DNA of 40,438 nt. Origin: an uncultured Candidatus Saccharibacteria bacterium (GTDB taxonomy: Bacteria; Patescibacteriota; Minisyncoccia; JACQLN01; CAZPCT01). The stretch is taken from contig CAZPCT010000005.1 in NCBI GenBank assembly GCA_964585325.1, positions 1-40,438 on the forward strand. Direction: 5' to 3'. The translations under genes were made by a program, and so were the position numbers. The notes beneath the pieces are model-generated. The model was not told the origin of the DNA, searched no databases, and saw nothing but the letters and a program-made list of their open reading frames with translations. This document shows, one piece after another, positions 1-7,588 of this stretch; position 1 is the stretch's first letter, and each line of letters begins with the position of its first letter.

Positions 1-18
1 AGCATGCTAGGTAACAAA

Positions 19-42
19 AAAGAGCGGCCGGAGCCGCTTTTT
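19..42 (-). terminator. Rho-independent terminator hairpin downstream of the LysM/M23 gene (A/T-tract flanked, possibly bidirectional)
   Basis: Stem 19-28 pairs with 33-42 (core GCGGC-CGGA-GCCGC). Read on the minus strand, the hairpin is followed by TCTTTTTTGTT. It lies about 20 nt past the stop at 64. Confidence 0.6.
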
Positions 43-63
43 CTGTTTTCTGACCCCGTGGTT

Positions 64-1188
64 TTAACGGGACGGATTGGAGCCCCCACGCACAGCAAAG
101 TGTACGTGGCACCCTGTTGAGTTCCCTGTAGAGCCCATGTATCCAATAACCTCGCCCTGAGCCACCTGCTGGCCTCGTGAGACAATGTTACGTGCGTTAT
201 GCGCGTAGATAGTCTCGGTTCCGTTCGGATGGGAAATCTTGACGTAGTTGCCGTATCCGCCGTTCCACCCTGCATTGGTAACCGTAAGTATGGTACCGCC
301 GGCAGCGGCCTTCACCGGCGTTCCACAATATGCCGAACCCCCCATATCAACCGCGTTCAAAAAGTGGAGTCCTTGGGTGACACGCCCCGTAACCGGGAAG
401 ATGAAGTATCCGGACATATCCACCTGAGGTGCTGGAGCGGGCGCGTTCTTAATAGGCGTTGCTGATACTGCGGGTTGGGACTGCTGTGTTGTTGCTAATG
501 AGGCAGTAGTTCCGCCAGATGCCCCGGCACCAGGAACAATAATCTTCTGCCCAGGCTGAATGAGCCCTTCGCTGTGAATGTTGTTAAATGTGATGATCTC
601 ATCCACGTCTGTATCATACCAGTGGGCAATGTGACTCACCGTCTCCCCTCTGCGTACTGTGTGCTGCACGCCGTCAACAGGAAGGATGGTGAGTTCCTGG
701 CCCGGCCGCAACACAGAGCGGGACGTGAGCGCGTTGGAGGTCATCAGTGTGGCGACGGAAATATCAAAATCCTGAGCTATGCGGGAGAGTGTGTCTCCCT
801 CTTCCACTACGTAGCGCACCACCTCTGTACGAGAGTCTGCCGCCTGCGCCTGGGGCACTAATTGTGTTGCAGACAGGTCTGTCTCTTTATCCTTCTCGCT
901 CCGTGTGGCCATAAGAACCTCGCGGGCCCCCACCTCTTTCTTTCCCTGTGCCCGCGCAAGTGTGGAGTTTGGTGATTCAAAACTGCTTAGATGCGCACCA
1001 AATGCGTCCAAAAAGAAAACGGCTTTCCCAAACGGGGAGGCCGCGTATGTCGCCGGTGTAAGGGCGAGGACCGTCATAAGTAAAACAAACGCAACAACTG
1101 TTTCTGATGTACGGCGTCTCAAGCGAGAGAGTGTCTCGCTTGATATGCGTTGAGTCCTTTCTGTGAGCCGACGTGCGGCTCGTATCAT
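64..1188 (-). CDS. Secreted/membrane-anchored peptidoglycan endopeptidase with two LysM repeats and a C-terminal M23 (LytM) domain
   Basis: N-terminal hydrophobic anchor (VVAFVLLMTVLALTPATYA). LysM-like repeats: YVVEEGDTLSRIAQDF...LRPGQELTILP and HTVRRGETVSHIAHWY...IQPGQKIIVP. M23 motifs: GYGNYVKISHPNG..YAH and GYMGSTGNSTGCHVHF. Confidence 0.9.
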   Translation of the reverse strand: MIRAARRLTERTQRISSETLSRLRRRTSETVVAFVLLMTVLALTPATYAASPFGKAVFFLDAFGAHLSSFESPNSTLARAQGKKEVGAREVLMATRSEKDKETDLSATQLVPQAQAADSRTEVVRYVVEEGDTLSRIAQDFDISVATLMTSNALTSRSVLRPGQELTILPVDGVQHTVRRGETVSHIAHWYDTDVDEIITFNNIHSEGLIQPGQKIIVPGAGASGGTTASLATTQQSQPAVSATPIKNAPAPAPQVDMSGYFIFPVTGRVTQGLHFLNAVDMGGSAYCGTPVKAAAGGTILTVTNAGWNGGYGNYVKISHPNGTETIYAHNARNIVSRGQQVAQGEVIGYMGSTGNSTGCHVHFAVRGGSNPSR

Positions 1189-1466
1189 CTTCGTGCTACT
1201 AATCTGTGGGTCTCCTTGTAGAGAGTTTCAACCGTTTTTCCTGTCATGCTTGCCTGCCAGTTGGCTGGCTTCCTTCACGTGTAAAACCCTGGCTCACAGG
1301 GTTCGTGTACGCAGTCTAAACTCCAGGCTTATAAAAGTCAACACCCCTATCCACAACACCCGTTTTTTGGCTTATTTAAGCCATTATTAGGCCATAAATG
1401 CTCCTGAATGCAACCGGCCGTTCTGTGGGCCAACGTCAAAAAAGATGGTATGCTGAGGAGGCAAAA

Positions 1467-3392
1467 ATGGGCGCCGATATACTCACGGGACTTAACCCAA
1501 AACAGCGCGAAGCGGCTCTGTGTACAGACGGGCCCGTTCTTGTTATTGCGGGCGCCGGATCGGGAAAGACGCGGGCGCTCACTCACCGCCTCGCGCACCT
1601 TATTCATACAGGAATCCGCTCCCGCAACATTGTTGCTCTTACGTTTACAAACAAGGCAGCCGGGGAGATGAAAGAACGTGTGTTAGACCTGTTGTCCCGC
1701 GGAACACGCCTTCCTTTTATAGGAACATTCCACGCTTTTGGGGCACGCATCCTACGGGAAGACGGATTTGGGGTTGGTGTGGGCACAGATTTTGTCATTT
1801 ACGACACGCGGGACCAGCGCGCGCTCATAAAGGAACTTATGGCAAACCATAACGTGCCTAATGATAGGTGGTCTCCGGGTGCCGTGCACGCCACTATTTC
1901 TCGCGCCAAGAACGAACTTGTCACCCCTGCCGCGTTTGCCACAGGCGCAACTACGTATTATGAGAAGGTGGTGGCTCCGCTCTATGAAGCATATGAGAAC
2001 GCCCTGCGCGAGGCGAACGCGGTTGATTTTGACGACCTGCTGGTCCTTCCTGTTCGCCTGCTAAGAGAGAAGGCAGACGTGCTTGAGAAGTACCAGCGCC
2101 GGTACACCCATTTTCTGGTAGACGAATATCAGGACACCAACCACGCCCAGTATGCTCTATTGCATCTTCTGGCCGCTAAACACCGGAATCTTTGTGTGGT
2201 AGGCGACGACTGGCAATCAATCTACCGGTTCAGGGGTGCGGACTTCAGAAACATCCTTCATTTTGAGCGAGACTGGCCGGAGGCCACGGTGGTGTTCCTG
2301 GAAGAAAATTATCGCTCTAGCCAGCCAATCCTTGACGCAGCGCAGTCTGTCATTGAACAAAATCAGTTCCGCACGCACAAAAAACTCTGGACCGCGCGGG
2401 GCGGGTCAGTCAAGCCCCGTATTGTCCAGTTGGACGACGAACTAACAGAGGGGATATGGGTGCTTGATGAAGTTGAGCGACTCGTGAGCGCTTCCAACGG
2501 CCTGCCTGCGCAGGCAGGCCCCCGCACCCTTGAAGACGTGGTGGTGCTGTACCGTACAAACGCTCAGTCGCGCATTTTTGAAGAGCTTTTGGTGGGGCGC
2601 GGTATTCCGTATGCCATCATTGGATCTGTGAGATTCTATGAGCGCAAAGAAATAAAGGACATTGTGGCGTATTTACGACTTTTGCATAACCCACGGGATC
2701 TGGTCTCGTTGCGGCGCGTTGCCAACACCCCGCCACGCGGTATAGGTGCAAAAACACTTGAAAAATTGTTAGACCGCAGTTTTGACAACATGGAACACGT
2801 TAAAATACGCGCATTTGAAGACCTTCTGGAGTCGCTCCGGACATACGCAGGAACAGCATCCTTGGAGGATGTGGTAAAGAAGCTTCTTGCCCGCATCAAC
2901 TATCGCGCGTACCTTGGTGGGGACTCGGGTGAGGGCGAGGAACGCTGGGAGAACGTGCAGGAACTTGTGAGCGTTACCGCCGCGTATGGTTCTGCGTCCG
3001 CAAAAGACGCCTTGCCGACGTTCTTGGAAGAAGTTGCGCTCCTTTCTCCCACCGACGAAGTGGGCGACAGACCGGGCGCCCTCAACCTTATGACCCTGCA
3101 CGCGGTAAAAGGTCTGGAGTTCAACACCGTCTTTATTGTGGGGTGTGAGGACGGTCTTCTGCCGCACGAAAAAAGCGTTCTCAGTCAGGAGGAGATGGAA
3201 GAGGAGCGGCGCCTTCTATACGTGGGCATGACCCGCGCAAAGGAGCGACTCATTATGACGTTCGCGCGGCGACGTACGCTCTTTGGCTCTTCCAGCTCTA
3301 CCCTTCCTTCGCGGTTCTTGTCTGACATTCCAGAAGAACTTGTTGAATTTTCAGCTTCGGGAGAAGAAGCTATAGAAACCATTGAATTGTGA
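1467..3392 (+). CDS. pcrA: ATP-dependent DNA helicase, UvrD/PcrA (SF1) family
   Basis: Motifs: LNPKQREA, Walker A AGAGSGKT, LTFTNKAA, VDEYQDTN, NYRS, VLYRTN, LMTLHAVKGLEF, YVGMTRAKE. I chose the ATG at 1467 (MGADILTGLNPKQ), which is preceded by GAGGAGG, over the track start at 1398. Confidence 0.92.
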   Translation: MGADILTGLNPKQREAALCTDGPVLVIAGAGSGKTRALTHRLAHLIHTGIRSRNIVALTFTNKAAGEMKERVLDLLSRGTRLPFIGTFHAFGARILREDGFGVGVGTDFVIYDTRDQRALIKELMANHNVPNDRWSPGAVHATISRAKNELVTPAAFATGATTYYEKVVAPLYEAYENALREANAVDFDDLLVLPVRLLREKADVLEKYQRRYTHFLVDEYQDTNHAQYALLHLLAAKHRNLCVVGDDWQSIYRFRGADFRNILHFERDWPEATVVFLEENYRSSQPILDAAQSVIEQNQFRTHKKLWTARGGSVKPRIVQLDDELTEGIWVLDEVERLVSASNGLPAQAGPRTLEDVVVLYRTNAQSRIFEELLVGRGIPYAIIGSVRFYERKEIKDIVAYLRLLHNPRDLVSLRRVANTPPRGIGAKTLEKLLDRSFDNMEHVKIRAFEDLLESLRTYAGTASLEDVVKKLLARINYRAYLGGDSGEGEERWENVQELVSVTAAYGSASAKDALPTFLEEVALLSPTDEVGDRPGALNLMTLHAVKGLEFNTVFIVGCEDGLLPHEKSVLSQEEMEEERRLLYVGMTRAKERLIMTFARRRTLFGSSSSTLPSRFLSDIPEELVEFSASGEEAIETIEL

Positions 3393-4192
3393 CTACACAA
3401 GAAGAGGTCCAAAAACGTCTTTCGGCCGCAGGAACCACTCCCAACAAACTGCGGGGACAACATTTTTTGGTAGACAAAAGTATGTTGGAGAAGGTTGCGA
3501 ATGCGGCAGACATTACGGTAGGGGAGAGAGTATTGGAGATAGGGCCCGGCGTAGGAAATCTGACAGACGCTCTTCTTTCAAAGGGGGCAGTGGTGACCGC
3601 TATAGAAAGGGACACAGCGCTCGCCGCCTTTCTTGCCCGCCACTATGGAGACTCCGTGGAAGTTCACTCGCAAGACATTCTTTCTTTTGACACAACACCA
3701 CTACCTGCGCAATACAAAGTGGTGGGCAATGTGCCCTACTACATAACGGGTAAGATCATACGCAAGTTTATGGAGAGTTCACACCTCCCGCAACGCGTGG
3801 TGTTCACTGTTCAAAAAGAGGTTGGCGAGCGCACTGCCGCGCGCCCACCTCACGCCACATTCCTTTCTGTCCTAACCCAGCTTATGGCAGACGTTTCGTT
3901 GGGTCCCGTCATTCCGGCGGACAGTTTCTGGCCAGCACCAAGGGTTGATTCCATTATTCTTGTTATTGTTCCACATGGAACACAGCCAGACCCTTCGCTT
4001 GTTTTATTGGTTCGCCAAGGATTCCATCAGCCACGAAAGACGCTCATCAACAACCTGGCGCAGCTTCCAGCATATGAACGGGACACAGTTCTGGGTGCGC
4101 TGAGACAGATGGACAGAGACGAAAAAACGAGAGCTCATGAACTCTCGTTAGACGAGTGGCAAAAACTATTTCTGTCATTAAAAACCGGGTAA
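3389..4192 (+). CDS. rsmA: 16S rRNA (adenine1518/1519-N6)-dimethyltransferase RsmA/KsgA
   Basis: GQHFLVD and the SAM-binding VLEIGPGVGNLT motif, followed by VVGNVPYYIT. The GTG start overlaps the helicase stop (GTGA at 3389-3392). Confidence 0.9.
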   Translation: MTTQEEVQKRLSAAGTTPNKLRGQHFLVDKSMLEKVANAADITVGERVLEIGPGVGNLTDALLSKGAVVTAIERDTALAAFLARHYGDSVEVHSQDILSFDTTPLPAQYKVVGNVPYYITGKIIRKFMESSHLPQRVVFTVQKEVGERTAARPPHATFLSVLTQLMADVSLGPVIPADSFWPAPRVDSIILVIVPHGTQPDPSLVLLVRQGFHQPRKTLINNLAQLPAYERDTVLGALRQMDRDEKTRAHELSLDEWQKLFLSLKTG

Positions 4193-4813
4193 GCCGCTGC
4201 CCCTTATCTCTTTAGAGGTCCCAATAATTGAAATCCACGGCCCCTTTTCGTCACGCGGACAACATGTCCCGCAACAGCTGGAATTACATGTCACATGAGT
4301 GCACGCCAGGTCGGGTCCCTTTGCCAGACCAAGCACCCACCTGTCTTCCTTCACCTCGTCATACTCATACACTTGTGAAGAGACCACGCCCCCCAGTACG
4401 GGGACGAAGCGCGTGAGCCCGCCCACCAACAAGTACCACTCATCCTGCCCGGGCGCACTACTTATCGCACCACCCGGCCCACTTTCCCACGGGCGGTCTA
4501 TTTTGATGAGCCAACCGTAGACAAAAAAGTTGCAAGAACATGTTTTTTTGTCCACCACAATACCACCAAAATCGTGGTTGCCGAAAGGGTCGGAGGGAAT
4601 ATCTACGGCCTGGGTGGGCACAGGAAGCATGGGTAAAAAAAGAAGCCCCGTAAGTACCAGAAGACCAGAAAAAATGGTGAGAAAATCTTTCCACATATCA
4701 GTCTGTTCATTATACCATTTGGGCACTTTTTTGACGCGCATGTGGATAACCTTTTTTATTTCATCCCCTTTTCTCTTGCGACTTAACGCTTTTTTCCTTC
4801 GCGAAAAGTACAT
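4178..4813 (-). CDS. Hypothetical Cys-rich exported or membrane-anchored protein, divergent from the T4SS-like operon
   Basis: Very basic N-terminus, then a hydrophobic segment FLTIFSGLLVLTGLLFLPMLPVPTQA and a possible AxA-like cleavage site. Cys clusters: CSCNFF and CTHVTCNSSCCGTCC. Alternative starts exist at 4741 (MRVKK) or M40. I recognise no family. Confidence 0.55.
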   Translation of the reverse strand: MYFSRRKKALSRKRKGDEIKKVIHMRVKKVPKWYNEQTDMWKDFLTIFSGLLVLTGLLFLPMLPVPTQAVDIPSDPFGNHDFGGIVVDKKTCSCNFFVYGWLIKIDRPWESGPGGAISSAPGQDEWYLLVGGLTRFVPVLGGVVSSQVYEYDEVKEDRWVLGLAKGPDLACTHVTCNSSCCGTCCPRDEKGPWISIIGTSKEIRGSGLPGF

Positions 4814-5112
4814 CTTTTTACTACAATTTATTCGGGCATGAACGTTCTTGATAATTTCCTGTCTTTTTCTAAAACCTTCCTATATCTTGTTAATAGTTCA
4901 TAGGAAAAGTTTTTATCCTCCTTTTTATTTATAACCTCCCCATACCTTTACTAAGGTTGGTGGTGACGCCTCTTTTGAAGCGACGCGCTTGTGTCTGTTG
5001 TTAATTGCGCCGAAAAAGCTGGTCACATCCCTCTTGGTGGGCCGTCAAACAACAAGACTCCATAAACCTTCTTTTTGGAGCAAAGAAAACGCGCAAAACC
5101 TTACTAGCCAGG

Positions 5113-5121
5113 TGGTATAAT
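5113..5121 (+). promoter_or_regulatory. Extended -10 promoter element (TGgTATAAT) in front of the 12-ORF operon
   Basis: TG at 5113-5114 and TATAAT at 5116-5121, 10 nt upstream of the ATG at 5132. There is no good -35. An AAACCTT motif copy lies at 5096-5102. Confidence 0.45.
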
Positions 5122-5131
5122 TAGTGTATGA

Positions 5132-5881
5132 ATGGGAATCACGGAGGGCATGCGTACACACTCAACATCTAAAAAGACGTTGTGGGTAACCGTGGGCGGT
5201 ATCGCCGTCTTTGTTATTGGAGCCGTTCTGGGCTCCTTTTTGGTGCTTGGCGCCAAAAGTTCAGACGGTAAAAGTTTCTCGGTAAAAAATCTGGCCACAG
5301 TGGACCTCTCCCACCAAACGGTCTCCCCACGCAGTACGCCCCAGATTGAAAACTACACAAAAGAATTTTCTAAAACACTTCTTAACCCTTCAGGATGGGG
5401 CCAGCTTGGAGAAGACGCACAATTGTCAGATGCTCTGCTGACCCGGGACATGGGCCCGCTGGTGGAAGACTACATCAACAAAATCTCGCGCCTTCCTGAG
5501 AACACCTCGCTCAACATATCTCACTCAGTCCCACCCGAAACATATCTCAAAAATGTGAAGGCGTATCTGGTGGTTGCCACGGAAGTGTTTATTGAGATCT
5601 CCACCGAAGACATCCGTCTGTTGGAAAATGCGGAGGTACAACGCCACTACCAGAAAGACGCCTTGTTGGTGGAGGATATATTTGACGCTCTTCTGGAGCA
5701 GCCTGTTCCGCCGCAGTATGAGGCGTTGCACACCGAAACACTTATCTTTGTACATGGCCTTACAGCAACATTGGACACCGTGGGACAGCACAGCGCAGAC
5801 CCCGCCCGCACTCTTTTGCTGCCCGCCTCAACCAAACTGTTGACCGACCAACTAAACAGTGTCCTTGACCTCCTGCCATGA
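5132..5881 (+). CDS. Operon ORF1: hypothetical single-pass membrane protein with a predicted helical ectodomain
   Basis: One TM segment (TLWVTVGGIAVFVIGAVLGSFLVLGA) and a hydrophilic remainder. The stop overlaps the next start (ATGA at 5878). No recognisable motif. Confidence 0.6.
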   Translation: MGITEGMRTHSTSKKTLWVTVGGIAVFVIGAVLGSFLVLGAKSSDGKSFSVKNLATVDLSHQTVSPRSTPQIENYTKEFSKTLLNPSGWGQLGEDAQLSDALLTRDMGPLVEDYINKISRLPENTSLNISHSVPPETYLKNVKAYLVVATEVFIEISTEDIRLLENAEVQRHYQKDALLVEDIFDALLEQPVPPQYEALHTETLIFVHGLTATLDTVGQHSADPARTLLLPASTKLLTDQLNSVLDLLP

Positions 5882-7584
5882 AACATAGGCCCACCCTTTG
5901 GATAGCAAGCCTTGTTGTTACCGGCAGTATTGTCGGCCTGGCCGTTGTGTTTGCGCCTACGCCCATACACGAGCCTCCGTCGGTACAGGCCTCATTCATT
6001 GAAGATGCGTTGGGGGTTGGTTTTAATATTCTTGCGTGCAACGTCGCGAGCAGCTATGCAGATGAGCTGAAAGACCTTACCGACCGGGTCAAGGAGGAGT
6101 TGGGCGGCGCCTTGTGTGACGCAGGTGGTAATCTGCCCGTGGTTGGTCCGTTTGTACAAGACCAGTGCAATGAGGAAAGCGAGAGCGGGGATGGGCAGCC
6201 GGAGGAGAGCGACTTTGTTCCTGTTCACGTACAATTTGATAACCCGTTCTCTAAAGAAGTTGAGCGGCAGAAAATAGAACTAGTAAAAACACAGGATGCC
6301 AACTGTCTTAAGAAGGAGCTTTTGGAGTTTGTGAGTCAGAACATTATAAAGAACATTGTTGAAGACTCTGGTTTTATCACCAACTTTAGAGACCATCTGC
6401 TCACTGCGGGGGTGCAGGCTGAGTATGACTTTCTGGCGCAGCTTTCCCGGGCGGGTATCTGCCCACAAAACCGCAGTGTCATCTTCACGCTGATGGGCGG
6501 TGTGGACGCCGGTTGGGCGTCAAGCGACAACTCGCCCGAAAGTATTGTGCGTTGTTCACTGGCAGAAGTGCTTGATCTTGAAAATGGGGGGCTTGAGGCG
6601 TACTACGACGACTTTAGAACAGGAGGGTGGGACGCATGGCTCTCGCAGATAAACCCAAACAACACTCTTTTGGGACAGTACACCAGCGCAAAGGAAACGC
6701 GTGACGCTCTGATTGCCGCAAACGTGCGAGGACAAGAGGTAGAGGCCATTTCATCCGACGGGTTTAACCCAAAGAAAGAGCGGGTCTGTATTGAAGAGCA
6801 AACAATAGACTTGGGGCAAGGGTTAACGGAAACGTACTGCGTACGATATGAGGAGAATATTTTGACTCCCGGCTCTCTGCTTTCAGACCAGGTGGAGCGT
6901 GCGGCAGGTATTAAGTTAGACGATGTGCGTGGAGCGGACACGTACTACGAAATTCTCTATGAGGCCATCACCAGCGTTGGTGACTGGTTAGTTGGAAAAC
7001 TGATTGATGACGGACTCAGCTCATTCAACAGCACCCTTGCGCCACAACCCGCGCCGCCCGGTGGCGGGGGAGGAGGCACGCCTCCGCCAGGAAACACCCC
7101 ACCCCCTGCCGCGCCGCCTCCAACGAGCCCTCCTCCGGGAGGAGTGCCCCCGCCAGCTCCTGAGTCGCCCCCGCAACAGCCACCTGCGTCCCCACCACCA
7201 GGAGGAGGTTCCACGGATCCCATGCCGCCGCCTGTTATTCTGGGCCCCGCAGCCGCACCCACCTTCTTTTCTCAAAATTATTTGGTCAGTGTACAGGCAA
7301 ACCCCGGTGAGTTGGTGCAGTTTACCCTTTTGTTCCAGCCCCAGTCCTTCCTTTTTGGGTTCTCTGTTACTGATCCCTCGCTTGTACGGAACGTGAGGGC
7401 TGGAAACAACGGCGTTGCGGGATACCAGGCGCAGCAATCATACCGAGGGCAGTGCACGTCAAGCGGCACAGTAAATGTTGTAGCCACAGTAAACGCGGTG
7501 CGCGTCAACGAAATTTCGGGCCAGGTGAGCCCTGTGAGCACGGCGTCTCTGACCACCGCGGTTACACAGTCTCCATGCAACTAA
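5878..7584 (+). CDS. Operon ORF2: hypothetical membrane-anchored surface protein (globular region, ~65-aa Pro/Gly linker, C-terminal beta-rich domain)
   Basis: N-terminal anchor PTLWIASLVVTGSIVGLAVVFAP. Pro/Gly-rich tract PQPAPPGGGGGGTPPPGNTPPPAAPPPTSPPPGGVPPPAPESPPQQPPASPPPGG encoded at about 7040-7236. The C-terminal ~115 aa are rich in V/T/S/N. Confidence 0.65.
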   Translation: MKHRPTLWIASLVVTGSIVGLAVVFAPTPIHEPPSVQASFIEDALGVGFNILACNVASSYADELKDLTDRVKEELGGALCDAGGNLPVVGPFVQDQCNEESESGDGQPEESDFVPVHVQFDNPFSKEVERQKIELVKTQDANCLKKELLEFVSQNIIKNIVEDSGFITNFRDHLLTAGVQAEYDFLAQLSRAGICPQNRSVIFTLMGGVDAGWASSDNSPESIVRCSLAEVLDLENGGLEAYYDDFRTGGWDAWLSQINPNNTLLGQYTSAKETRDALIAANVRGQEVEAISSDGFNPKKERVCIEEQTIDLGQGLTETYCVRYEENILTPGSLLSDQVERAAGIKLDDVRGADTYYEILYEAITSVGDWLVGKLIDDGLSSFNSTLAPQPAPPGGGGGGTPPPGNTPPPAAPPPTSPPPGGVPPPAPESPPQQPPASPPPGGGSTDPMPPPVILGPAAAPTFFSQNYLVSVQANPGELVQFTLLFQPQSFLFGFSVTDPSLVRNVRAGNNGVAGYQAQQSYRGQCTSSGTVNVVATVNAVRVNEISGQVSPVSTASLTTAVTQSPCN

Positions 7585-7588
7585 CAGC

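Noticed and set aside
4741-4749. A perfect DnaA box (TGTGGATAA, the reverse complement of TTATCCACA)
   Set aside because: It is a single isolated copy inside or at the start of a CDS, 14 kb from dnaA. About 0.3 such 9-mers are expected by chance in 40 kb on both strands.
6957-7437. ORFs overlapping the Pro-rich tract: minus-strand Gly-rich (6957-7262) and Arg/Trp-rich (7021-7437), and an alternate-frame plus-strand ORF (7004-7396)
   Set aside because: They are by-products of the CCN/GGN-rich coding repeat of ORF2. They have low-complexity composition and no independent start context.
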